From: Octopus sinensis
Lineage: Eukaryota
DNA length: 64,000 nt
NCBI RefSeq assembly: GCF_006345805.1
Contig: NC_043004.1
Location: 69,130,001-69,194,000, forward strand
Direction: 5' to 3'
Below are positions 12,366-24,740 of this stretch, piece after piece. The notes below the pieces were generated by a model. The model saw only the letters and a program-made list of their open reading frames with translations. It was not told the origin of the DNA and ran no database searches. The position numbers and the translations under genes are program-made. Positions within the stretch are counted from its first letter, which is position 1. Each line of letters starts with the position of its first letter.

Positions 12366-13225
12366 CATATATATATATATATTATATATATATATATATA
12401 TATCTATACTTATAGATAAATATAAGATCCAAGGATCGAGGTGTAGGAAGAAATTTAGCTTCAAGGCATCTGTAATAAATATCTAATGAATTCTGTAACT
12501 CTTGTATATATATATATATATATCAAGAAATGATTGAGATTCAGTTGAATTAGGTATTTAAGTTGAAGCACCAAGTCAGTCTGGTATTATCCGCACAGCT
12601 CGAAGTAAGGTTAATAAAATCAAAATAAGCAACAGGATATCAAGAGGTCATGCAGTACGACCGTTTGAAGCGGCTCCACTTAATCGAACAATGTAATCAT
12701 TACATCAGTTTAAATGAAGTGCCATATTCAGCTGCACATATAAATAAATAGAATTTTAACAAGTAGGACACATTAATACAAGTTTTCTCAAATATCATAA
12801 CAGAGCAAAAAGATAGAATATATTCATATTGTCGCTATTGTAGCTAAGAATGGGCTATACTTCCAAGAATCGCATGAAGCCTATTGTGTTCGTCCCTCCG
12901 TCATCGCTTGACAACAGATGCTGGTGCGTTTATGTCCCCGTAACCTAGCGGTTCGGCAAAAAGAGACCGATAGAATAAGTACTAGGCTTACAAAGAATAA
13001 GTCCTAGGGTCGATTTCTTCGGCTAAAACTTTTTAAGGCGGTGCTCCAGCATGGCTGCAGTCAAATGTCTGAAACGAGCAAAAGAATAAAAGAATACATA
13101 AAGGCCCGAAATATTTGGAGAGGGAACCAGTTGATTAGATCGACCCCAGTACGCAACTGGTACTTAATTTATCGACCCCGAAAGAATGAAAGGCAAAGTC
13201 GACCTCGGCAGAGAATACATAAATA

Positions 13226-14117
13226 TTAGATTGGCCAAAAAGTGTGATTTTTATGTAAAAATAACACAAATTTTAAACACAAAGCAATTTAATCAATCAA
13301 GATTATAATTGCCGTTTTGTTCTAGTATCTCCTGTCATCTTGTGGGAAGATCTATTATTTTCCGCTCAAAGAAGTTCCTCTCTTACGAGCGAAAAGCTCT
13401 TCCATGTGAACTTTTATATCCATTTCAGAGTTACGGTTTGGCCATTCAATGAATTTTGAAGAGACCGAAACTGGTGGAAATGTCAAGGCACAGGGTCGGG
13501 AGAATATGGAGAGAGCAGCACAACTTACCAGCTAAGCCTCAGTAACTGATGTTGCGTCTGCAAAAAGGTGTGTGGCCTGACATTGTCGTGATGGAAGATA
13601 ATACCCTTACGACTAGTAAATGTTGAACGCTTCTTGCGAATCACTGCATTCAATTTGTCCAGCAGTATCTGTAGGCAATCTTTCAGGCTCTGTATATGCG
13701 TTGAATATTTTTTTTTTGTAAAAAAGGACATTGGGCAGTGAGAAAATAAGAAAGAACAGGAAGAAAATCGCGAAGAAGGTTGGTGCTAAAAATGGAACGA
13801 GAAAGAAACGAAAACAAGAATACCAAGATTCCCGTCCTCTCTGATTGCATAAACCGCAGTCAACGCAGCTGATATAAAACAAAATCACAGAAAATATGTC
13901 AAAGTCTGCGAAACAGCAACTCAGTCCAGAGCGGGTGGTGTCCATGAATTCGACAAAAGATACCTGTCCACTAAAAATTTCAGCTCTGGAATTAAGCAGT
14001 CTGTTGCAATTCTTGGATCTAAGAAAAAAATGAGAACTTTTTGCTACGCATAAGTTACTTTTCTTGGATCCATTGACATATGACTTGGATTTCTCTCCGA
14101 TTTTCTACTTGATTGTA
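13226..14117 (-). mobile_element. Decayed mariner element (copy 2, in duplicated unit)
   Basis: Near-identical to 11177-12068. Confidence 0.9.
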
Positions 14118-14162
14118 TACACAGACACACAGATACACACACACACAGACACACACACACAC

Positions 14163-14263
<101 letters not shown>

Positions 14264-14363
14264 CTCTCTGTCTTTCATATATATGTATATAGAAGCTAAA
14301 TATTAATAAAAATATTCATATACTCGTTATTTTAAGTTCTATTTTTCTTGTTTGCACAAACAT

Positions 14364-14468
<105 letters not shown>

Positions 14469-14640
14469 TTATGAGAGGTAATGGTGTCAATAAGACCCAA
14501 AGGTGTCAGGTAATGCTGAGTAAGTAAGTGCTATAGATAGACCATAGTAGAGCTCCAGGTTTTGTGATTATGCGAATAAGGGGTCCAGCTTAGGTCATAT
14601 ATCAGCGTGTGTATATAAAAAAAAATTTCGTAATGAGAAA

Positions 14641-14890
14641 AAAAAACCAAGGCTGTGTAGATTTTAGAACATTTATAAATAGAAGGTCTTACAGCTGTTT
14701 CTAGGATATTTACATATCTCACATCTATTTTCATTCCTCCATCTCGCTCTCTATTTCGAATCTTATCTAAATTAACTATTTCCTAACCATCCTCTCACAC
14801 CGTCTCCAATGAAGGGATATAATAAATATCCTAGAAACAGCTGTAAGACCTAGTTATAAATGTTTTAAAATCTACATAGCCCTGGTTTTT
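14641..14890. mobile_element. Penelope-like inverted pLTR pair (~70-bp arms) with degenerate hammerhead
   Basis: aaaaaaccaaggctgtgtagatttt..acagctgtttctaggatattta inverted to taaatatcctagaaacagctgt..atctacatagccctggtttttt; gtct-CCAATGA-agggatat.atatcct-aGAAA-cagctg-TA-agac at 14802-14849. Confidence 0.6.
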
Positions 14891-15110
14891 TGTGTGGCAT
14901 CTTGGGCAAGTGTCTTCTGCTATAGCCCCGGGTCGACCAATGCCTTGTGAGTGGATTTGGTAGACGGAAACTGAAAGAAGCCTGTCGTATATATGTATAT
15001 ATATATATGTATGTGTGTGTGTTTGTCCCCCTAGCATTGCTTGACAACCGATGCTGGTGTGTTTACGTCCCCGTCACTTAGTGGTTCGGCAAAAGAGACC
15101 GATAGAATAA
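14890..15110 (+). mobile_element. SINE family 3, partial
   Basis: gtggcatcttgggcaagtgtcttctgctatagcccc..ggcaaaagagaccgatagaata. Confidence 0.85.
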
Positions 15111-15214
15111 ATATATATATATATATGCTTTCGGAGGGCGAATGGTTTTGTTATACGACTCTGGGCTTTACAATCCTGTAAATACTGATAATCGTATTTA
15201 TATAAGCCAAAAAC

Positions 15215-16140
15215 CAATATCGATCACCGTGCAATGGCTAAGAAAAATAGTCTTATAATGGGACATATAACACCTCGACATAAAAAAGTAGGCTTTCCTA
15301 TCCGCGTGAGACTCGAATCCACATCCCTTTGTTAACGCCGCGATTTAGCCATTTTGTGTCGAGGGCTTATATGTCCCATTATTAGACTATTTTTCTTAGT
15401 CATTGTACAGTGATCACTATGGGCTTATATAAATATCATCATTGGATGGAAGCACTCCGTCGGTTACGACGACGAGGGTTCCGGTTGATCCGATCAACGG
15501 AACAGCCTGTTCGTGAAATTAACGTGTAAGTGGCTGAGCACTCCACAGACACGTGTACCCCTAACGTAGTTCTCGGGGATATTCAGCGTGACACAGAGAG
15601 TGACAAGGCCGGCCCTTTGAAATACAGGTACAACGGAAACAGGAAGTAAGAGTGAGAGAAAGTTGTGGTGAAAGAGTACAGCAGGGATCACCACCATCCC
15701 CTGCCGGAGCCTCGTGGAGCTTTAGGTGTTTTCGCTCAATAAACACTCACAACGCCCGGTCTGGGAATCGAAACCACGATCCTACGACCGCGAATCCGCT
15801 GCCCTAACCACTGGGCCATTGCGCCTCCTGAATATCATCATTATTATTTGCAGGATTGTAAACCCCTGCACCGTATAACAAAACCATTCACACCGAAAGC
15901 ACATAGAAAGTTTGTTTACAAAGCAACATTGAACTAATATTTTAAAAATTTGATAGAAACAGGGAGGCTAATTCGCCGTGTAATGGTAGCACACTTAGTC
16001 GCGTTAATAAAGAGATGTGGGTTCGAGTTCCATGCGGATATAAGCCTACTTTTCTGTCGAGGGCTTATATGCCCCTTTATTAAACCATTTTTCTTAGTCA
16101 TTGCACGGTGATCGCGCTATAAGCTTTAGGCTTATATAAA
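15215..16140. mobile_element. Three pieces of a fourth tRNA-like SINE (minus 15215-15350, plus 15355-15430, plus 15972-16140)
   Basis: gccgtgtaatggtagc (A-box-like) and gggttcgagttcc (B-box-like) followed by gtcgagggcttatatg..tttcttagtcattgcacggtgatc; the first two pieces form an inverted pair. Confidence 0.6.
15447..15828 (-). mobile_element. SINE family 2, tail type b
   Basis: Same head as 8874, tail ..aaagggccggccttgtcac..accgacggagtgcttcca; further copies at 40820-41125 and 44367-44745. Confidence 0.9.
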
Positions 16141-16144
16141 TACC

Positions 16145-16269
<125 letters not shown>

Positions 16270-16336
16270 TATCTCAGTATCTAACGAGTGCACATGCGCA
16301 AGAGAGAGGCATTAAGCTGGAAGCGAGAAGGAAAGG

Positions 16337-16470
16337 ATGAGTAGTAATTTGACCACCTTTGCTGATCCACCGACGGGTGGATGTTACGGTTTAGGCTTTG
16401 AAACACCCGGTAGTCGTTGGATAACATCTGATGACATCAATTCCTCCTGGCCAAAGCTCCATTCACTGTG
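16337..16470 (+). CDS. Candidate first coding exon (phase 2), unknown product
   Basis: ATG opens 44 codons MSSNLTTFADPPTGGCYGLGFETPGSRWITSDDINSSWPKLHSL ending exactly at a TG|GTGAGT consensus donor; in-frame stop 8 codons upstream; NRF1-like gcacatgcgca ~45 bp upstream. Confidence 0.35.
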
Positions 16471-16527
16471 GTGAGTGGGAAAAAAAGCACCTTCTTCTAA
16501 GTATTATGAATAACATAATATATTTAT

Positions 16528-16850
16528 ATCTCTTATAATAAAAGGCAGATTTTATCTGCCTCCCTTTGGGAGTTATACAAATCTACAATATAGGATTTCT
16601 TCAATTACAATTTACCTAGCATTTTTGAGAGTACAATGCATCGCGTCATGCCAGGTCCAGTTTTTAAAATTTAAACTCCAATTAAGCAAAATTTACAGAA
16701 AACTCACATTCTGGTGTGTGTGTCAAATGCTTTTCTTAGTCTGGTTTACACCACACGCAAACGCACACACACAGTGGGCAACGAATAAAATGAAAGTAAA
16801 TAGCGACAGAGTGATTTGAGGAAGACTAAGTGAAAGTATTCTGTCTATGA
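16528..16850 (+). mobile_element. Possible Helitron 5' fragment
   Basis: a|TCTCTTATAATAAAAG start resembles Helitron 5' ends; no 3' hairpin or CTAG found. Confidence 0.35.
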
Positions 16851-16982
16851 CGCTGATAGATACATGAGTAAAATGTATGGGAAGCTAAGAGCTAAGAGTG
16901 AGTGAAAATGTTCTTGGAAGAGAGTAATTAGTAATAAAGTAAACATACACTCATACATACATACATACATACATACATACAT

Positions 16983-17013
<31 letters not shown>

Positions 17014-17299
17014 TACACACACACATACATACACACACACATACATACATACACACATACATACATACATATACATACATACATACATATACATACATAC
17101 ACACACACACATACACACACACACAGTATTGAAGCTTGAGAACAATCAGATACATTTGCAACACATCTGTTGAAAATATTATTGTTCACACACATACATA
17201 TACATATATACATACAGACAGACAGACAGATAGACACACACACACACACATGATCCAGCATGGCCACAACCTCAAGGCTGAAACATATAAAAGAATAAC

Positions 17300-17668
17300 A
17301 GAATATAAATGTGTGCAAAGTACAAGAAATATTAATGCAGTATATGGGGATTGGACAATAAGCGTAAGGCAGTGTCAATAGTGGTTCCAGAAATCCCGAA
17401 CCATAAACTACAGCCTAGAAGACGAGCCTCATCCTGAAAGATCTGTAGAACTCGACAAGGACATCCTGAAAACCCTGGTGGAACAAAATATCATCGTAAC
17501 TGTTGAGGAACTAGCAGAGAAGCTTGGATTTGGTCATTCAACCATTCATTGACACCTGTGTGCTATCGGAAAAGTCAGCAAATTGGGTCAATGGGTTCCT
17601 CACGAACTTTCCGAGTCTAATTGCATGCAGAGAGTGAATGTATGTTTTTCTTTGCTGTCATATCTCAC
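17300..17668 (+). mobile_element. Mariner transposase N-terminal fragment, same family as 1-690
   Basis: STRNINAVYGD, EDEPHPERSVELDKDILKTLVEQN, GKVSKLGQWVPHELSE; clearly similar to the window-start element. Confidence 0.9.
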
Positions 17669-17687
17669 CACTACTGCGCTATGTATA

Positions 17688-18325
17688 TCTATATATATAA
17701 AACTGTAGTTGTGTGAGTGTCTGTCCCCTTCGATTTAGATTCCTAACTACTCCCACATTTTGCGGTACAGTTTAACCAAATTCGGGTAGCTTATAGTCGT
17801 GATTCATATCGAGCCCGTCTGAATATTAGCGCGCGTCTACGATGAGTCTACGATTTTAAAAATAATTTAACATCATTTTTTATTCCATTTTAATGCATAA
17901 AATGCATCGTGTGTCGATGGCGGCGGAGTTGGCGTCCACGCTCACACCTGCACCTGTGGGGAAGGGAGTGTAAGGAAATCAACGTCGTAATGCGTTGTCA
18001 AGGAGACCAGTGTTCTTTTAGAACAACGACTTCATGGCTTGAAGACACCAAAACAGAAATGGCTAAGAAAGCGTCTACATGAGTCTACGATTTAAAAAAA
18101 AATTTACCATCGTTTTTTTTCCATTTTAATGCATTTTTTCGCTATTATATAAGGGAAGTAACTCTCTAAAAATGTCTACGATGAGTCAACGATTTAAAAA
18201 AAAATTTACCATCATATTTTTCCCATTTTTAATGCATTTTTTGCTATTTTTTGGCTATAACTCTCTAAAAATGCTTATATAGTTATTTCCCTTACAAACC
18301 CGAGCAACGCCGGGCGATACTGCTA

Positions 18326-18326
<1 letters not shown>
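17688..18326 (+). mobile_element. Non-autonomous Helitron
   Basis: A|TC 5' end (tctatatatataaaa), subterminal hairpin cccgagcaacgccggg, CTAG|T 3' end, no TSD; internal repeats of gtctacgatgagtc..ttaatgcat. Confidence 0.9.
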
Positions 18327-18393
<67 letters not shown>

Positions 18394-19479
18394 AAAGCAG
18401 ATATTACTGAAAGAGCAGTAGTTTGGTGAAATAGCTTGTAACTCAACTGAGACCGGATTAAACTGAGCAATTATCAGAAAGAGGTCTTTATCCTGCTAAT
18501 CTCTCTTTTTAAATGTCCACTGCTATTTCTTGTTAGAAAAATAAACCACAGTTCCATTGTCATAGAGTCGTTTACGGCGGTCATTACATTGCGGTTGTTA
18601 ATTTATAAGTTGTAGAGCTTTCATTCAGCTAAATGCTATTATAAAGATTGCTTATGTTCCTATTGATTTTCTCTTACAGCTTTTTGACGTCACATTTGTT
18701 GTATTTCTGTAAATACTGCACAAACTGCACTCAGGCGCGCACACACTCGCACACACTCGCACACACACATTATTATCATTAGTGAGGCGGCGAGCTGGCA
18801 GAATCGCTACCACGCCAGGAAGATGCTTAACAGCATCTCGTCCGTCTTCATGTTCTGAGTTCAGATACGAAAGAAACCAACACCGGTTGTCAGGCAGTTG
18901 AATTAGGTACTTGAGTTGAAGCACCAAGTCAGTCTGGTATTATCCGCACAGCTCGAAGTAAGGTGAATAAAATCAAAATAAGCAACAGGATATCAAGAGG
19001 TCATGCAGTACGACCGTTTCTGTAGGGGACAGACATAACACAATACATAACACATCTAGTGGACAGACATAATACAAAGTCACACAAACACACACACACA
19101 CACACATATGGAGTGGCTGTGTGGTAAGATGCCTGCTTTCTAACCACATAGTTTCGGTTTCAGTCCCACTGCGCCACACCTTGAGTAAGCGTCTTCTACT
19201 ATAGTATCTCGAGCTGACCAAAGCCTTGTGAATGGATTTGGTAGCATTGGGGTAGTAGAATCGTTAGCTTGTTGGACAAATTGCCAAGCAGCTTTTCTTC
19301 CGGCTCTTTACGTTCTGCGTTCAAATTCCACCAAAGTCAGCCTTGCCTATCTCGCTGGGTTCTATACAATAAGGTACTAGCCAAGTATTGGGTTAATGTA
19401 ATGCACTTCCTCCTCCCCTCAAAATTGCGGGCATTGGGTCAGATTTAGAAAGAAATATTTCTGATTGACCATATATTAC

Positions 19480-19728
19480 GTTGTCAGATAAATTCGTTCG
19501 TTTTCCTTCTCCTCGTTATTCGGCACTCCATCGTCAAAGTGTCCCAAAAGAGGTAAAATTTATTCAAATTTCAAAAACGACAAACAGTAGTTGTTGAGGG
19601 AGAATAGAGCGATATAAAACCATAAAAAAAAAACGATGGAAATAGTTTTCGTGTTAATTCAAATAACATTGAAAAGGATTAATATAAAACACATCTCACC
19701 CACAAAACGAACGAATTTATCTGACAAC
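19480..19728. mobile_element. MITE-like element with 25-bp TIRs
   Basis: gttgtcagataaattcgttcgtttt / aaaacgaacgaatttatctgacaac perfect inverted repeat; TSD not evident. Confidence 0.6.
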
Positions 19729-19824
19729 CAGTTTCGTCTATTCCTAGTCGATCTATAACAAACCACTTGCGATTATGAACAGCTTATATATTTTGGTTAA
19801 TCACACAACTGTCTTTTGATCAAT

Positions 19825-20120
19825 ATGGGCCTAGTGGTTGGGGTGTTGTACGCACGATCGCTAGATCATAGGTTCGATTCCCGGTCAAGCGGCACATTGT
19901 GTTCTTGAGCAAAACACTTCATTTCACATTGCTTGAGTCCACTCAGCTGTAAATGGTTGACCTACGACAGACTAACCTTCTGATGAGAAGGAATGTTGTC
20001 CTGCTCACCTAGCCAGCAGGATGGTATCATTCGGAAAGCTAAAACGATGTAAAGCGCATTGTGACCAGCGATGTATAACAGCATTCGATAGTCTGGTCGA
20101 TCACAGGATCACGTGATATA
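19825..20120 (+). mobile_element. tRNA-derived SINE (different body) sharing tail type a
   Basis: gggcctagtggtt..ggttcgattccc, ttcttgagcaaaacactt..ccactcagctgtaaatgg, then gcgcattgtgaccagcgatgt..gatcacgtgata. Confidence 0.75.
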
Positions 20121-20270
20121 ATATATTTGAGGACCATTCAGGATGTTGACTTAATTGACATCGACATATTGACACATAGCACCGATAAACTGTTGGGTCG
20201 TTGGTGCACTCAGCCATTAAATATCTAAGGTGAACTTAGATTGTTATGTCTATGCTCATGTGAACCTAAT

Positions 20271-20316
<46 letters not shown>

Positions 20317-20770
20317 GCTACTGCTACTGCTACTGCTGCTGCTGCTGCTGATATATATATATATATGTATATACATATATGTCTTTGTGTATGTTTGTGC
20401 GAGAGCGCACGCGTATGTGTGTAGTAAAGATTACTGGAAAAGCAGAGATTGTGTGATGTAGTTGGCATCTGAGACCGGATTAATCTCGGCAATTATCAGA
20501 AAGAGACCTTTATCTTGTTAATCTCTTTATATTTAGATGTCCACTGCTGTTTACGAGAAGAAAAAACATAACTTAACACGACTATTGTGTCAGAGAGCCA
20601 TTTATGTTTGACTTTACATTCGGGGTAATTAATTCATGAATTGGAGAGATTCCGTTATAATGATATCGTTATAATGATATGAGTGAGTTCAAATGCTGTC
20701 GAGGTCGATTTTGCTTTTCACCCTTTCGAGGTCGATAAAATAAGTATCAGCTGAACGAATATACGTTCGT

Positions 20771-21265
20771 ATATACGAAGCCCAGTATACCAATCATGAC
20801 TACCCGTCTGATAAGAGTACACCAGGTACATGCATCACAACTATATTGTCGCGACATGGTGAACTGATATCTAGATAAACAGCACATGACCTTGCAAGTG
20901 GAGCCCAGTTAGAATTTTTTTCAGGTGAGTAACCCATCCCGCTCAAAAGGGTTTAAGGATGTTGAACGAAACTCCTATGTTTCCAGAGGTCAATTATCCA
21001 AACCCCAAAGAATATACCTCAACACATGGCTATGATGCTCCCCCACTACTTCTGCTCGTGATCAGAGATGCACATATCGTCAGCCACTAAGGGACATGCT
21101 CAACTGGTTAAGGTCAAATAACTGACAAGCAAATCTGTGGTATTGAGCAGAATATTTGCTGTAGCCCATCTTTTATACCAAGACAAAACAATATGCATGA
21201 TAATACTTCCAATCAGTTAAGATCAGAAGCCATGAAAACCACTGCCTGGTACAACACCGGAGCAT

Positions 21266-21267
<2 letters not shown>
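20771..21267 (-). mobile_element. Non-coding ~560-bp repeat bordering (ATT)n, copy 1 (partial)
   Basis: Clearly similar to 22642-23200; no ORF. Confidence 0.8.
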
Positions 21268-21296
<29 letters not shown>

Positions 21297-21309
21297 TATT
21301 ATCATTATC

Positions 21310-22390
21310 CACTTGTTTCAATTTTTTCCATTTCTTGCCGAGTGTATTCCCGACACATAGGGCAAAGGAACTCACCGTATACTTTGGTAGATTATTAAAA
21401 TTAATGCGCAGATTGCTCATTTTCAAAGTCATGTGCTAGAGCAAACCACATGACTTTGTCAGCAGTTTCGATTTTATAATCCCGACATATTAACCGGTGT
21501 AGGTATTGGTCAACTCTGTCATGTCTTGACTTGTACTCTATAGGTGCTAAAACTTTACACCGAGAAATTAGGTGGTCCACTGTTTCAATCTCACCGTTTC
21601 AGTATCGGCACTTTGGGTCTACTCCATTTTTCATTACATTGGCTTGGTAGTTACGGGTCAATAAACACTCGCTCTCTGGTGGGTGTGTTTCAGATTTACA
21701 TCAGCTTGTTTGCTACAGGCCACATATTTGCTATGCAGAGGATTTTGCTCCTACTTATCAGCTCAAGCGTTTTACCTTTGCCACTGATTTCACCTTCTTT
21801 GCAACAACAGTTGCCGCACTTCTATCATACTGTTCAACCTGGGTATTATGCAAATTTTTTGCTCTTCTTTAAGACAGAATGAAGCTTCAAATTTGATCAA
21901 GCCTCGACCTCTTTGGGCTCTGGGAAGGTAAAGACGATCCTCGTCTGCCTTTGGGTGGTGCATCTTATTATAAATCAGCAGCTTATGGATTTTCCTGTCA
22001 ATTTTCTTTATTTCGTTGATATTCCGGTTCCACACATTGAAACGATAAATAACAAACTGGAACTACTAAGGAATTTAAGACTAACACCTTGTTACGTGCA
22101 TTTAACTAAAATTTCGAGACTTTCCTATAATATTCCTCTCCGATTCTTCCATGTATGCATGCTGAATGCCAGAGCCCTCATTTATTCCGAGGTATTTGTA
22201 AGTTTGTTCCCGCTCAAGTTCTCTTATAACCTGTCAACATCTAACACCACTGAATGTGAGGTTTTCAATTTCTCTTTCTGGAAAGTAGCCTTAGTACATT
22301 TATCAAGACCAAATTCCATCCCGATGTCATCACTGAATACTTTCACAGTACGTAATAGGCCTTCAAGCTCTTTATTTTCTTTGCCATAGA
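21310..22390 (-). mobile_element. Dong/R4-like LINE 3' fragment with internal deletion
   Basis: KIDRKIHKLLIYNKMHHPKADEDRLYLPRAQRGRGLI, YKSRHDRVDQYLH; 3' UTR catttcttgccgagtgt..tagggcaaag shared with 59040; 3' end abuts (TAA)n. Confidence 0.85.
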
Positions 22391-22394
22391 GTTT

Positions 22395-22565
22395 TAAGTA
22401 TTTCGCCTGTCGCTACGTTCTGAGTTCAAATTTCGCCGAGGTCGAATTTGCCTTTCATTCTTTCGGGGTCGCTTAAAATAAGTACCAGTTGAACATTGGG
22501 GTCGATGTAATCGAATCATCCCCTCTCCCAAATTTGCTGCCCTTGTGGCAAAAATTTGAAACCAC

Positions 22566-22599
<34 letters not shown>

Positions 22600-23206
22600 G
22601 TTGTTGTTGTTTTTGTTGTTGTTGTTGTTGTTGTTGTTATTACTGAGTGAGAGAGCAGCACAGGCATCAAAGTGACATTAAGGTACAAACATACGATCCC
22701 AGTATACCCATCATGACTACCCATATGATAAGGGTAAATCAAGCACATGCATCACAACCATATGTACGCGACATGATGATTTCACATCAAGATAAACAGC
22801 GCGTGACCTTGCAATTGGGGCCCAGTTAGAATTTTCTTCTGGTCGAGTAACCCATCCCGCTCAAAAGGCTCCCAAATAAGTGTTGTTTAAGGATGTTGGA
22901 CGAAACACCCATGTTTCCAGAGGTGAATTATTCAACCCCCAAAGAATATACCTCAACACATGGCTATGATGCTCCCCCACTACTTCTGCTCGTGATCAGA
23001 GATGCATATATCGTCAGCCGCCAAGGGACATGCTCATCTGGCTAAAGTCAAGCAACTGACAAGCAAATCTGTGGTATTGAGCAGAATAATTGCTGTCGCC
23101 CATCTATTTTACTAAAACAAAACATATACATAATAATACCTCCAATCAGTTAAGATCAGAAGCCATGAAAACCACTGCCTGGTACTGCATCAGGGCATTT
23201 CTTCTT

Positions 23207-23237
<31 letters not shown>

Positions 23238-23255
23238 TTATTATTATTATTATTA

Positions 23256-23339
<84 letters not shown>

Positions 23340-24740
23340 GGTGGCGAGCTGGCAGAATCGTTAGCACGACGGACAAAACGCTTTGCAGCAGTTCGTCTGT
23401 CTTTACGTTCTGAGTTATAATGCTGCCGAGTCGACTTTGCATTTAATCCTTTTGGGGCCGATAAATTAAGCACCAGTTCAGCGTTAACGTCGATGTGATT
23501 GACTAGTCCCACTCCCGCCCCAACAATTCATGCCTTGTGCCTATAATAGAAAGGACTATTATTAGTATAAACCAGGGTCAAGCAAGCAGAATCGTTAGTA
23601 CGCCGGACAAAATATTTAGCAACATTTCGTCCGTCTTTTCTTTCTGGATTGAAATTCCATCGAGGTCAACATTGCTTTTCATTCTTTCGGGGTTACAAAA
23701 TAAGTGGGGTCGATGTAATCTACTTACATCCTTCCTTAAAAATTGCTGGCCTCGTGCCAAAATGTTATTATAGTAATTCCCTTTTCTCTGCGGGTTTTAT
23801 ACAGTCACTTAGTCGGGTTTATTATCTGTGTTCTGGGACAAAGGAAATTAACTGAATGAGGAGTTGCCACAAAAGCACATTATTTATCGGAAATGTGTGT
23901 TTTCTAAATATATCTTAGAGTTGAACATGCATGGACCGTAGGAAGGCTCATCTTCGAGATATGATACATTAATTTATATGTCTACTGTAATTCCTATTTA
24001 GATTGTGAAAGCTCTTCGTAGGTTGTGTACATTGCTGTTTATTACCAGTTTTCGTTTAGATGTTTCTCACTTCGTTTTCGTATCATGTCTTCGACTCTAT
24101 GATGAATGGGACTGTTTTCGATTTAGGATTCCACATCTTTTCAGTCCCCATTTTTAATTTTTTTATTTGCTTAGTTTTTCAAATCCTTTTACTGATATGC
24201 TTTTATCTTATGGAATACCCATATTAATCGATTAGCAGTTTTATATTCGCTGTCTTTCTTGATGATATCCGATCTGTTTCCTTGAGCGGTTCAGTCTGAG
24301 TCATCTTTGCTTTGTATTCAATACTTAATTCTTTATTGCCCACATGGGGCTAAGCATAGAAGGGACAAACAAGGACAAAGGGATTAAGTCGATTACATTG
24401 AGACCCCAGTGCGTAACTGGTACTTAATTTATCGACCTCGAAAGGATGAAAGGCAAAGTCGACCTCGGTGGAATTTGAACTCAGAACGTAACGGCAGACG
24501 AAATACCTATTTCTTTACTACCCACAAGGGGCTAAACACAGAGAGGACAAACAAGGACAGACAAACGTATTAAGTCGATTATATCGACCCCAGTGCGTGA
24601 CTGGTACTTATTTAATCGACCCCGAAAGGATGAAAGGCAAAGTCGACCTCGGCGGAATTTGAACTCAGAACGTAACGACAGTTGAAATACCGCTAAGCAT
24701 TTCGCCCGACATGCGAACGTTTCTGCCAGCTCGCCGCCTT
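22395..24740. mobile_element. Several Nin/Deu-like SINE copies (plus 22395-22565, 23338-23560, 23575-23770; minus dimer 24328-24740)
   Basis: Characteristic head, B-box and central domain; the minus copy is a dimer with the agaaataggtatttcgtctg junction. Confidence 0.85.
22642..23200 (-). mobile_element. Non-coding ~560-bp repeat flanked by (AAT/AAC/AAG)n on both sides, copy 2
   Basis: On minus begins aatgccctgatgcagtaccaggcagtgg and ends ctctctcactcagt followed by (aat/aac)n. Confidence 0.8.

Noticed and set aside
20771-23200. Two direct repeats flanking RT sequence, suggesting an LTR retrotransposon
   Set aside because: No TG..CA ends, PBS/PPT or TSD; the interior is a non-LTR fragment plus a SINE; the repeats differ in extent.
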